Positions 21,673 to 33,320 of a stretch of 64,000 nt of DNA are shown here, in pieces. The DNA is taken from contig CAWGMQ010000011.1 of assembly GCA_963823665.1 (NCBI GenBank), positions 832,001-896,000 on the forward strand. Reading direction: 5' to 3'. The DNA is from an uncultured Planctomycetota bacterium. GTDB lineage: Bacteria > Planctomycetota > Planctomycetia > Isosphaerales > Isosphaeraceae. Under the pieces are notes generated by a model that did not search any database, was not told the origin of the DNA, and saw nothing but the letters and a program-made list of their open reading frames with translations. How positions within the stretch are numbered: position 1 is the first letter of the stretch; every line of letters starts with the position of its first letter. The translations under genes were made by a program, and so were the position numbers.

Positions 21673-24600
21673 TCAGCGCGGCCCATCAACCAACGGTTGA
21701 GCCGGAAGGCGGAGATCCATCATCAAGAGCTGGAAGGCAGGGCGCTCGCGTAGCGGGTCGAATACGCGGTCCGAGAGCGTGCGAAACAGGCGGCGCTTGT
21801 CGCGATCGGTGAGTGATGCTCCCGCATTGTGGATGAGGTCGAGAGCCGCGAGTGACTCTGCTGTTTTTCCGAGTCGCCCGAGAAACGCGGCGTGGCTGGC
21901 CAGTGTCTGGACCATCGTGCGGCGAACTTGCTGGTCCGCGGGTGATCGCTTGCGTGCCTTTTCTAGCAGTTCGAAGGCGTGATTGAAGAGCGACTGGGCC
22001 TCGGCTGTTTGGTCCTGCTGCACGAGCGCGGCAGCCAGGGCGGAGTCAATCGCCGCCGTGCTTGAGAGGTTCGATATCTGATCGGGATCGTCGCGAAGGG
22101 CTGACTCCGCGAGGGATGTGGCTTCGCGAAGTCGCGCCTCTGCGCCCGGCTTGCGACCCTGATCCAACTCGATCCGGACGCGGGCATCAATCGTGGTTGC
22201 GAGGTCGGCGCGGTATCGGGCCGATTCGGGGTAGGACGCGACAAGCCCGCGGAGGATCGTCTCTGCGCGATCGAGGCTCGCCAGGGCGTGTTCGGCTTCG
22301 CCGAGGTCCCAGGATATTTCCGCCTCGCGGAACAACTGGCCCGCGAGCCCCTGCGATGCGGGATGATACTTGGGGTTCTTCTGGAGAATGTCTTCGGCTT
22401 CGCTCGCAGCGCGTCGCGCCAGGTTCAAAGCCAGCGTGGTCGCGGAGTTCTCGACCTCCACGTCGGAGAGCAATCCAAGGCACGCGACCAGGTGCATCCG
22501 GAAAACCGCGTCGCCGGGGCGGACGTGCGTGAGACGCTCGAGGAAAGCTCGCCCTTGCTCGAGCTCGGCTCGCGCCGTGGTGAGATGCCCGCTTCGCAGC
22601 TCGAGCTGACCGAGTACCATGTGGTTGGCCCCGACGCGTTCGAGATAATCCACCGAGTTGGGGTGCGTCTTGATTTGCTCGTCCTGGATCGCCAGGGCCT
22701 TGCGAGTCCAGATGATCGACTCGTTCAGGGCACCGTCGTCGAGATGGGTGGCGCCCAGATTCCCGTAACAGGATCCGAGGTTGCTCAGGAACCGCTCCCG
22801 GCGCGGATCGTCGGCCGGCGTGGCCGCGACCAGCTTCTCGCGCAATGTGGTCGATTCGGTCAGGGTACGCAAGCGTTCTTGCCACTGGCCGGCTTCGCCG
22901 AAGAGGATGGAGACGTTGTTCAGCGACGAGGCGTGCTTATCCATCACTTCGAGATCAGACGGGTCTTCGACAAGGAGCGCCGTACCGATAGCGATCGACG
23001 CCAGGTAATCACGGCGCGACCCGGCAAGGTCGCCATGATCCCAGAGGAAGTCGGCACGAAGCTGGAGCGCCTCGGCCTGATGAGCTCGATAGCGGCGATC
23101 CTTGGGGTTTGCCTGGACCAGGTGCTCGTAGTCGGACAGCGATTGGTCGAAGCCTTTGCGGGCATCATCCGGCCGGCTGGCCTTGTCGTATCGATTGGCA
23201 AGAAAGCATCGCGCTCGAGCCAGCAGAAATCGATACTCAGGCGCGGTCGGAACCTCGCGGACCACCTTCTCTAGGTTATCGCGGGCCTGTTCGAAGTTGA
23301 CGATTGAATCTTCGACGACTCCGACCTCGTTGATGATCTCACCAAGGTCGAGCTGAGCTTGGCCGAGCCGCGCTCGAGCGGCCGGGTCGGTGACGCCGTT
23401 CTGCTCAATGTTCTGGGCGAGCCGGCGATAGAAACGGATCGGAGCCTGGAGCAAGCTCTTGCGGAGGTTCTCCATCCCTGGCTGGCGAAGCAGAAATTCT
23501 CGGGTCACCCCGGTGTTGTACTCGCGAATCGCATCGAGCGCGAGCTGCGACTGCTCCTGGGCGAGCTCACGGGCTTTCGATTCGCTTTGCCTGGCCAGCG
23601 TCTGGGCCTGGAGTGCATCGCGGGTTTGCGCTTGTTCGCGGCCGATCGCCAGCGCGGCTCCGGTGGCGACGGCGGCGATCACGACCAGCGAAGCGGCCGC
23701 CGCCCGCGTTGCCGAGCGATGCCGGCGCGACCAGCGAGCGACCCGGCGTCCCCAGCCGTCGGGCATGGCCGTCACCGGATCGTCGGCCATCCAGCGTTCG
23801 ATGTCATCGGCCAGGGTGCGCGGCGAGGCGTAGCGGTCGTCGGGATTGAGCGCCATGGCCTTCAGGCACACGGCCTCGAGCGTGCGATCGATCCTGGGAT
23901 CGAGGTTCTCGAGGCGACGGGAAGTTTCCGTCTTGCACGGCGCGGAGGACAGACTCCAGGACTTCACTCTGGAAGGGCGGCGCGCCGGTGAGCAGGCAGT
24001 AGAGAGTCGCGCCCAGGCTGTAGACATCGGACCGAGGTCCGAGCTGGTCGATCTCGCCGCGGGCCTGCTCGGGGCTCATGTAGGCGGGCGTGCCCATCGC
24101 TGAGCCGGGGAGCGTCTCGGCGCTGCCGCTTGCCGAGCTGGGCATCATGGCGCGTTCGCCAGCCGCGACGTGCCCCTTGCCGGTTGCCTTGGCCAGGCCC
24201 CAATCCACGACGAGCGTCTCGCCGTGCTTGCCGAGGATGATGTTGGCCGGCTTGATGTCTCGATGCAGCACGCCGCGCGAATGGGCGTAGTCGATTGCGT
24301 TGCAAACGTCCAGGAACCGGCGCAGCAGCTTGCGCAGCTCCAGGTCGCGCGATCCCCGGGAGTCCATCGGGCGCACTGTCGCACCGCGGTCGATTTCTCG
24401 AGTGGGCGGCTCGGTCGCCGCCGACGCGCCTGACTGAGCATGGAAAAGTCCGAGCGCCTCTTTGAGCGAATCGCCCCGAACGAATCGCATTGCGTAGTAG
24501 GGACGCCCGTTCTCGTAGACGCCCATCCCGTAGACCGGGACAATCCCGGGGTGTTCGAGGCCGCCGGTGACCTCGGCCTCGAGCAGAAACCGGGCTCGGC

Positions 24601-24886
24601 TGGTTCGATCGTCGGCGTGGCGATCAAGGATCTGCTTGAGCGCGACCTCGCGATTGAGCTCGGTATCGAGCGCGACGAACACGACGCCAAGGCCTCCCTG
24701 GGCGTGAGGATGCAGCACGCGGTACCGCCCGCCAGCCTCGATTGTGGTGCCCACAGAAAAGGCCAAACGGTCTTTTCCGTCGAGAGTTGATTCCAGGCCG
24801 GGCTCTGATCTGGCCGCCGTGAGGTCGGGATCACCCACCTGGGTCGGGATCTCGCGTTTGGAAGGTGCCGCGTCGGGGCCGGTCAT
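21673..24886 (-). CDS. Ser/Thr protein kinase with TM helix and TPR-like helical C-terminus; frameshift near 23920
   Basis: [35 protein letters not shown], then a TM segment and helical repeats in ORF 21673..24027. Confidence 0.9.
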
Positions 24887-24908
24887 GAATGATTCTCCCG
24901 CTCACGCC

Positions 24909-27680
24909 TCAGGGGTGTTCTGGGAGCCGGGCGAGGTCCCAGACCTTGATCGTGTGATCTCGACTTCCTGATACCAGGCGGGTGCCGTCGGGGCTGAACG
25001 CCAGGGTCATCACGAAACCGGCGTGTCCTCGCATGGTGTGGCTCAGCTCCCAGGGGGAGGCTGTCGTGTCCCATAGCCTGATTGTCGTGTCTTCTCCTGC
25101 CGAGGCAAGCCACCGCCGGCGTGGGTCGAAGGCCACGTATGTTGCGGTCGTTGCTGGCTGATGCGAGCCGCTGTCCGTCCGGGCTGAAGACCACGCACGT
25201 GCACGTGTCGGTATGCCCACGGAGGTTCAGGAGTCTCTCGACCGGTCATCGGGTCCCAGATCTTGACGGTCTTATCTTCGCCGCCGATGGAAGCGAGGCG
25301 CCGCCCTTCGCGGCTGAAGGCCAGGCCCGCGACGAAGCCGGCGTGTCCTTTCAGGGTTCTGACTGGATCGCCGGTGGCTGCATCCCAGATTTTCACGGTG
25401 CGGTCGTAACTGGCCGTGGCGAGCGACCGGCCGTCGGGGTGGAATGCGACGGCACTGATCCGATCCTGGCCGTGGGCGGGGACGGTGCGGAGGAGCTGGC
25501 CCGAGCGAGCATCCCAGATCCTGAGGACGCCCGCCCAGCTTCCCGTCGCCACGAGCCGGCCGTCGGGGCTGAACGCCACGCATTCAGCCGCTTTCTCGTG
25601 GCCAGGGAGCCGGCAAACCTCGGTGCCGTCGGCCACGTTCCATATGATCGCGAGGCCGACTTCGCTGCCGGCCGTGTCGCTGCCGGCTATGAGCTGCCGG
25701 CCATCGGGGCTGAACGCGACGCTGTATGCAAGTCCCGCGGACTCGCCCATCTGCCCGCCGCGAATGAACACATCGTGGCCGGTCGCCAGGTCGCAAAGCC
25801 GGATCGTTCGGTCCTCGCTTGCGACGGCGAGATGACGGCCGTCGGGGCTGAATGCCACGGCGAACACCGGGGCCTTGCGTCCGGGGAGCGTCTGGACCAG
25901 CATTCCAGTCGTGGAGTCCAGGAGCTTCACTGTGCCGTCTTCGCATGCAGCGGCGATCTGCTCGCCGTCGGGGCGGAACGCGATGCCGTGGACCTCGGCC
26001 GTCGTTCTGAAGACGGGTGGTTCGACGCGGCAGAGGCGCGCGAGGTAGTCCCATTCCCAGTCGCGCAGATCGACCGGGCAATCGCCGAGGAGCTCCAGGG
26101 CCCGGCGCAGGTTGTCGACAGACATTTCGCGAGCGGCCAGGTTGATGCGGTGAATGTAGTCCTCCCGGCGCAGGGTTTCGGCCGCGAGGGCGGCACGGGC
26201 CCGCTGCCGCTCGGTAGCGGCTTGCTCGCGACCGATCAAGGCGGTGCTTATGGCCAGCGCCACGACCGCCGTGACGAGCAAGGCGCCGATGCCCGCCGCG
26301 AGCGTCCGGTGTCTTCGGGCCCACCGGGAGAGGCGTGTTGCGAGCGGCTCGCGAATCACCGCGACGGGCTCGTCGGCCAGCCAGCGCTCGAGGTCGTCGG
26401 CAAGTGCGCGGGGCGAGGCATACCGCTCCTCGGGCTTCAAAGCCATCGCCTTCAAGGCAATTGCTTCGAGCGGTTGGGGTGTGCCAGGTTTTATCGCCCG
26501 CGGCGGCGGAAAATCACCGCGTTGCACCCGGCGGAGCGCGGTGCCGACATCCGTCTCCTCGATCGGCGGTTTTCCGGTCAACAGGCAGTAGAGCGTGGCT
26601 CCCAGGCTGTAGACGTCGCTCAGCGGACCAACTTGCTCCAGACGACCCTCGGACTGCTCGGGGCTCATGTAGGCGGGGGTACCGAGGGCAGTGCCGGGCA
26701 AGGTCTCGCTCGAGCTCGACATCGACTTTGATCTCGGCTGCAACGTCGGCTCGGCTGCGCCCGAGCCGGAGATTTCTTCGCCGCGGCCAACGACCTTGGC
26801 CAGGCCCCAGTCGACAACGAGCGTCTCGCCGTACGGCCCGAGCAGGATGTTGGCTGGCTTGATATCGCGGTGGATCACGCCGCGGCTGTGCGCGTAGTCC
26901 ATCACGTTGCACACGACGAGGAACCTGTTCAGGAGCTGCCGCAACTCCAGGTTCCAGCGTCTCGGGTCGGTGATGGTTGTACCCGCGCCCGCGTGGAAGC
27001 GATCGATGGCCTCTTTCAGGGTATCACCCTTGACCAACCGCATCGCATAAAAAGGGCGGCCTCGGCGCGTCGCAGCCCAGCCCGTAGACCGGGACGACGC
27101 CGGGATGCTCGAGCCGCCCGGTGATCTCGGCTTCGAGCAAGAAGCGGGTGCGACTGACCGGGTCGTCGGCGCGTTCCGGCTGGATTTCCTTGAGCGCGAC
27201 CTCGCGAATGAGCTCGGAGTCGAGCGCCACGGAGACCTGACCCAGGCCGCCCTTGGCATGCGGACGGAGGATGGCGAAGCGTGAGTGTGCCGTGCCGGCA
27301 GTGGCGGCCCGGTCAAAATCCATCGTGGGCTCGGCTTCCGGTGCCTGGGGGTCACGGACGGGGAGGAGGCGATCCACAGTGGCGAGTATCTCGGGATCGG
27401 CGATCTCTTGCAGACCGGATCGGACCGGCACGACTCCACCGGCGGCGGCCAGGCTTTGCTCCAGGCTGCCGTCATGAGCCGCAAGGTGTTCGTCGACAAG
27501 TTGCTCGAGGAGGGATTGCCGTGCGGGCGAGAGGGCGTGGTGTTCGACGAGGATCTGGGCGAGCGATCTGGATCGGTCGAGGACCCAGGCGTGCATCGCC
27601 GCGATCAGGGCGTCGCGCGAGACGAAATGCATCTGCACCGCCAGGGTGCCGAAGAGCAGATTGCGGTCGGCGGGAGTCAT
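24909..27680 (-). CDS. Ser/Thr protein kinase with TM helix and WD40 repeats; frameshifts near 27060, 25240 and 25140
   Basis: [16 protein letters not shown]-terminus, [21 protein letters not shown], and WD40 units ending TIKVWDL. Confidence 0.9.
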
Positions 27681-27764
27681 GGGGGCCGTCCTCGTCTGAG
27701 CAACCCGCTTAGACTCTCATATCTTGTGCGAGGCGTCGGTCAAGATTCGCGGCCGCAAATGCCC

Positions 27765-29112
27765 TCACTTCCGCCGTTCAGGCTGGCGGTTGGCGCCGGG
27801 CGGCTCCGCCGCGGTGGACCCCGGCTGCGACTCTTCACCCGTCCCGCGCGTTGTCGAGGGCTGACTCGCAATCGGTCGAACCGGTGCCGGCGTGTACGGG
27901 TAGAACGGCGTGCGGTCGAACAAGTTCCGCGGTTTCAGATCAAACCCGCTCCACATCACGATCGCCGAGCCCTCCCAGGCGTCGTCAAACGACCAGAGAC
28001 GGGGAGCGGAGTTCGGTTTACCATCCTCGTGGCGTGGCTCGTGGTGCACGGCCGAGTTGCACCAGAGCACTATATCCGTTTGCTCGACCACCTCTTCATC
28101 CTTGACGATGTTGGGCAAGTTGGCGAAGAGGAACTCGGTGGGCTTTTCCGGGTGCGATTTGCTCACCCAGAGATCGTGATGCGTGAACTCTTCCTGGTGC
28201 CGCGGCGAGCCCTGGCGGACCGGCATCAGGTCGTAGGCGATGTTTTCGCCGCGGGCGTTTCGCTTCTCGGATTCGACCCGGATCATCGTGAACTCGCTGG
28301 GCACCCAGTCGACGCCCCCCTCGAGCCCGCCGTTGAACGGCTCCTTCTGGTCGACGGAATTCAAGGCGGACCGAGTCTTCGACGTGACGCATCAACATTG
28401 CCGAATTCTTGTTGCCGTCGACCAGATCGATGTCGATGCGCCAGTGGGCGCTGTGCACGTGCGCTTCGGTGCGGCGGCCGGGCAGGTTCTGGCCAGTGGC
28501 ACCCACGCGAAACGCGATCGTGCCGTCGTCGTGAAACGAATAGGACAGGATATACATGTAGTTGCCGGCTTCGAGCGCAGCCCAGAGCACCAGCTCCTTG
28601 CCGCGGCGCACGCCGTGAGCGTGGTCCTTCCAGGCGATGCCACGGTCGCGCATCTCCTTCACCACTGTGGCAAACGAGTCGCCCTGGAAGGGCGGCATCA
28701 GGGTGCCGAATGGTCCGGCGTCTTCGGCCTTCACCTCGGCCAGCGGGAACGAGAAGCTCGTCAGGTCGTAAAAGCGGGGTCTGCCCAGCACGTGATAGGG
28801 CACAAACAGCTCGGCCACACGTGCGTCCTTGATGATCTTGATCCACTCTTCGGCCAGGTCGCGCTTGAACCATGCCCCGGTGATGTAGAGCCCCTTGTGC
28901 AGGCCGCGCGTGTACTGGACCTTCCAGGCCGTTCCTTTGCGCGGGTCTTGCCCGCCGGACTCGCTGACGAGGAACTCGGCGGTTACCTCCTGCGCGGGGG
29001 GGTCGGGCAAGGTCTGCTCGAAGAAACGCTGTCCGAAGGCAGGCGACGCGGCGCAAGCGACCAGGAACAGGGCGAGCGTCCGGCGCGAATCGGCGGCAAA
29101 TGCATGCGGCAC
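27765..29112 (-). CDS. Secreted copper amine oxidase catalytic domain (stand-alone); frameshift near 28365
   Basis: ELFVPY, FYD (base Asp), GNYMYILSYSFHDDGTI (TPQ motif), HVH...WRIDIDL, DIVLW....HHEPRHED, GFDLKPRNLFDRTP. Has its own signal peptide. Confidence 0.85.
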
Positions 29113-29127
29113 CCTCGTTGGATTTAT

Positions 29128-29930
29128 TTATTCGGCAGGCCGGCGCGTCTTGGTCTTCTGCACGGGCTCGTCTTCGACTTCCGGACGCGGTACTTCGACC
29201 TTGCGGGTCGTCAAGTTGACTTCGGGACGCGGATAGCTCAGGTCGCGCTTGCCAACGCGATAGATCAGGTGCACAACGCGGTTGACCCTCGGGTCATCCG
29301 GATTGGCGAACTGGCTGAACTGCGGATAGGCAGAGAGCTGCTTGCCAAACCGCTCATGGAGCTGTTTCACCTCGTCGCTCTGCTCGCGGCAAGCTGCTGT
29401 GCTTCGGTGAATTCGTCGTTTGAAAGCGGCGTGCGCACGTGCTGGAGGGCCTCAACCGCGACCACTTTGCCTTTGCCGAGATCGACCGTGGAAAAGACGG
29501 TGATGTCGTCGAAGTAGCGGTACCAGGTTACGACCGCCAGCGGACCGGGCGGCTTTTCGCCGGGTTTTGTCTTTTCCTCGTCCTTTGCCGTTTCATCTTC
29601 CTTCTTCTCGGGCTCGGGCCGGGCCTTGCCCTGGTCGTCGCCGGGGTTCTCTTCGCTCGCTCGTTTCTTCTCGTCGCCAGGGGTCGCGAGCAGCTCGACA
29701 CTGACGATGTACTCGCGGCGGTCGGCGGTCGGCTCGGTTGCGCCCTCGGTCTTCTTGCGCAGCTCGGTCATCGCCGTTTTGGCGAGGCTCAAGGCCTCTT
29801 TTGTCTGCTGCGCGGTGAGCCCGGGGCGGGGGCGAGTGGGGCCTTGCTCCTTTTGGGGGGCAGAGGCCAGCGCGGCACCGACGAGCCCAGCGGCCACCGC
29901 GAATGCGGTTAACAGTCGTACGCTCTCCAT
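29128..29930 (-). CDS. Secreted protein resembling copper amine oxidase N2/N3 domains; frameshift near 29385
   Basis: Signal peptide, GLTAQQTKEAL, AVVTWY....TVDLGKGKVV, TPLSNDEFTEAQQLA, YPRP.VNLTTRKV. Confidence 0.6.
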
Positions 29931-29947
29931 GTTGGGCAACCTCTATC

Positions 29948-30060
29948 GTAGGTCAGGCTTTGGCCTGACGTCTGGGTCAAACGTGTGACGCGTTTACTTC
30001 CGCGGTTACACGTCAGGCTGAAGCCTGACCTACTCAATTGTCAGGCCCTAGCCTGACGTA
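29948..30060. repeat. GTAG-REP inverted doublet plus a third partial copy
   Basis: gtaggtcaggctttggcctgacg ... cgtcaggctgaagcctgacctac (ends 30033), then gtcaggccctagcctgac. Confidence 0.85.
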
Positions 30061-30067
30061 AGTGTTT

Positions 30068-32998
30068 TCATGGCTCGCGGGCGTCGAGGTTGGCCTCGAG
30101 GACCTTGGCGATCCGATGGCGGCTCTCTTCCAGATGCGCGCGGGTGGTGTCGTCGATGGTCGAATTGCCGCTCTCGAGCACGCGCGACATGCGGCCGGCG
30201 ATTTCCTTGAGGTGAAGCCGCGCGAGCGCTCTGGCGTCGGCCGGCGGTCCCGCGTTTCCTCCTCGCACGAAGACGACGTAGCCGTAGAGATCGCCGGAAG
30301 AGCCGGCGTTGCTTCCCAGGACCATGTTGCTCAGCCGGCGCAGGTATTCCCGCTCGAGATTTCGCCGGATGGTCGAGAGCGCGACCTTACCCGACTTGTC
30401 TGTCGCCGGTTTGGACAGGCGATCGAGATCGGAAAAGATGCCGTCGGTGAGCGAACGGAAGACTTCCTCCATCCGTAGCGGACTCGAGCCGGGATCGGAC
30501 TGAAGCTGCTGATTCTCGAGCCTCGCGAGCGTGGCCGGGCTCAAGCAGTGGCCCAGCACGATCTTCTGGATGGCGAGAATTCGCTCGAGCACGGAGATAT
30601 CCACCCCCGAGCCAAAAAAGCCTTGGGAGCCCCAGTGCATCCACCGCTCGGTTCCGAGCCGGCGGAGCAAAGCCGGAGAGAACTGGAAGGCCGAATCGGC
30701 GAGGATCGAGTCACTCAGGAACTTCAAGCAGTCGCGCTGCTCGGCGCCTGCGACAGGAACGATCGGGTCGCGGGCGTCTTTGTCGGCCTTGTGATCACGA
30801 GAGACCGATTGACCTCCGATATACTGCGATGCCAGGACGGCACCGTCGCCCCACTGCTCCAGTAGAATCGCGAACGCGCGGCGAGTTCTCGCCCACGATT
30901 CGCCGTCGGCGACCACGCGGGCATCCAGGTCCTTGAGCAATCCGGAGGCCAGCGCGATGCGCTCCTTGCCGAATTCGCAGGGGTCAGATCCCAGGTCCCA
31001 GCGGTTGACGTAAGGGTCGTCGTTCAAGAACGAGTCTTCGTCGGTCGCGTAAATGAGGTCGTGCTCGGGCGCGCGGGCGGCGATCTTCTTGAGCTCGGCA
31101 GCCTCGTCGCCCATGATCGGTTTGTAGGCATATTCGATCGCCCAGTAGTCGTATGGACCGATCGTCGTCGAATAGAAGTCGCCCTGCTTCTTGCCTTTGG
31201 GGGCGATATTGATCGGGCTGTAATCCATCACGCTGCCCACCAGGCCCTTCACCCTGGTGATCGACGTGTCGTTCAACTGGTCGGCGGTCAGCATGGTGCT
31301 GGCCTTGAAGTTGTGCCGGAGCCCGAGCGAATGGCCAACTTCGTGCATCGTGATGTGCTTGATGGCCTGTCCGATGAATTCTTCGGGGAGCTCGTTCTTG
31401 GGTTCGGGCTTCTTGGGGCCTGCCTTGTCGGGGCCGGGTTTCTCCGGGCCGGGTTTGTCGGGTCCCTTGCCGTCGGTCATCGCGATCGCGGCCAGACCGA
31501 AGTCGCGCTGAAAACCGCCATTGAACTGGCAGAACCCACGGGTTCCCCGGGCGAAGTTCTTGGTCACGTCCCAGACGACCGAGTCCTGCTCAGCCGGCCG
31601 GAGCTCGGGCACCATCCGGGCTGGGTTCTGGCCGAGCGCATCGATACCGAGAAGCGTGTTCGACTGCGGCAAGCCGTAACCGAGTTTCGAGGCCAGGATC
31701 GGGCTGATGACCTCGCCGATCGCCAGAGGCTCCGTCTGAAGCAGTCCGTTCGGGGCGGTGGTGTGGCCCACGAGCAGTGCGTACGCCTGCTTCCAGTAGC
31801 GGATGAAGCCGGCGTCGAAGACGACGTCGCCGTCGATCATCTCGCCGGTCAAGGGGTTCGCCCGCAAGCACGACATCGCCCCGCCGGAGTCATTGGTGAC
31901 CCAGCGAAACGTGCAGTAGTGCGTGTCTTCAGGGTCGAAGTCGTCGCGGCCTGCCTCTTCCCAGCGCACGGCGATGGCATCCTTGAAGCCGATTTTCTCG
32001 AATGCCTTGTTCCACTCACGAATACCTTCCTCGACGTAGGGCCGATATTCGAGCGGCACATTGTCTTCCACATACCAGACGATCTGCTTGCGCGGAGGCG
32101 AGAGCTTGGCGGATGGGTTCGCCTTCTCGAGGCGCCAGCGATTGATCATACGAACGAAGTTGGAATCGGCGTCGGTGCTGCCGAAATCCTTGGTCGCGCT
32201 CAAGAAGTGGCCGACCCGGTCATCGGCCATTCGCGTCCGGTAGCCGAAATCAGGCGTCTTCATCACGCTGTAGTGAATGACCACGGTGATGCCGCGGCCG
32301 TCGGCCACGCCGCCGGAACTTCCACGACCCATTCGCGTGCCGGCGCCTGCGAACGTCGTCTCGAGCTCGAGCTCCATGTTGTCATGAAAACCCTTGACCT
32401 TGGTCCACTGACTACGGCTGCGATCGATCATGCCCAGGTTGAGCTGGGCGAAATCGGTCATGAAGATATCGGAGAAGTCGATCAGGACCGAGCCCTTCAT
32501 CGGGTTCATCGAGATGATCGGCAGCGCCATCAGGATCGAGTCGGTGTAATTCTGCTTCACCGACTTGTCGATTGGAGTGCCGCCGGGCGCGGTGAAGTGG
32601 GAGTTGCGTCTCACGAGCTGCACGCGGTCACCGACGCGGCGGAAGATCAGCACGGTTTCGTCGTCGCCGACGGGCACGCCGGCCGACGCGAGTCCGCGGG
32701 CGATCGTGATCGGCACCAGCAGCGTCTGGTTGAACTGGTCGGGCCGGATCTCGGCGTAGAGATGCTCGCCGGTCTTGTGCAGGGTGAACAGGCCGTCGAT
32801 CTTCTCGGCCCCCCGCGTCACTTCGTTGAAGTCGCGGAACTGGGTCGGCCTCCCGCGGTTTGGTCCACCGGCCCTCGCTGCGTTGATCACGGACTCGAAA
32901 TCGACGCCCTCCGGCCGAGACTCCTGCGCAGGCAGGTCGGCCGCGATGAGCATGGCGACGATCGCCGTAGCCCATCCCGATGCGATGGTGCGAATCAT
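30068..32998 (-). CDS. Secreted zinc-dependent metalloprotease (DUF5117/DUF5118/DUF4953 type)
   Basis: HEVGHSLGLRHNF metzincin motif, SVMDY Met-turn, R.ADDRVGHF, INRWRLEK, GPYDYWAIEYAY, signal peptide. Confidence 0.93.
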   Translation of the reverse strand: MIRTIASGWATAIVAMLIAADLPAQESRPEGVDFESVINAARAGGPNRGRPTQFRDFNEVTRGAEKIDGLFTLHKTGEHLYAEIRPDQFNQTLLVPITIARGLASAGVPVGDDETVLIFRRVGDRVQLVRRNSHFTAPGGTPIDKSVKQNYTDSILMALPIISMNPMKGSVLIDFSDIFMTDFAQLNLGMIDRSRSQWTKVKGFHDNMELELETTFAGAGTRMGRGSSGGVADGRGITVVIHYSVMKTPDFGYRTRMADDRVGHFLSATKDFGSTDADSNFVRMINRWRLEKANPSAKLSPPRKQIVWYVEDNVPLEYRPYVEEGIREWNKAFEKIGFKDAIAVRWEEAGRDDFDPEDTHYCTFRWVTNDSGGAMSCLRANPLTGEMIDGDVVFDAGFIRYWKQAYALLVGHTTAPNGLLQTEPLAIGEVISPILASKLGYGLPQSNTLLGIDALGQNPARMVPELRPAEQDSVVWDVTKNFARGTRGFCQFNGGFQRDFGLAAIAMTDGKGPDKPGPEKPGPDKAGPKKPEPKNELPEEFIGQAIKHITMHEVGHSLGLRHNFKASTMLTADQLNDTSITRVKGLVGSVMDYSPINIAPKGKKQGDFYSTTIGPYDYWAIEYAYKPIMGDEAAELKKIAARAPEHDLIYATDEDSFLNDDPYVNRWDLGSDPCEFGKERIALASGLLKDLDARVVADGESWARTRRAFAILLEQWGDGAVLASQYIGGQSVSRDHKADKDARDPIVPVAGAEQRDCLKFLSDSILADSAFQFSPALLRRLGTERWMHWGSQGFFGSGVDISVLERILAIQKIVLGHCLSPATLARLENQQLQSDPGSSPLRMEEVFRSLTDGIFSDLDRLSKPATDKSGKVALSTIRRNLEREYLRRLSNMVLGSNAGSSGDLYGYVVFVRGGNAGPPADARALARLHLKEIAGRMSRVLESGNSTIDDTTRAHLEESRHRIAKVLEANLDAREP

Positions 32999-33320
32999 AA
33001 AGCGCTCCTCGATCGATCAGTAACGTCCGGCAACAGTCACGCTCATGCGCCGTCAGCCGTCACGCGTTATTGAAGGATCCCTTGAAGTGGAAACCTGTTG
33101 TGGTTCGTGTGGTCCCGGCGGCTCGCCCGGCCATCCTTGAAGTCGCCTGGCTCGATTGCGTAAAGCTTCGCCGTCTTGCCCGGCCGTCATATTCTCTATC
33201 TTGACGAACGAATTCGTCGGAAGCAAGCCGAGGGGTTTGACATTTGACGTAACCTCCCTCGCCGGGCCATCATTACCGGTATGCGGAGCGAGCGTGGTTG
33301 CGACAATCGGAGCGACTCCC

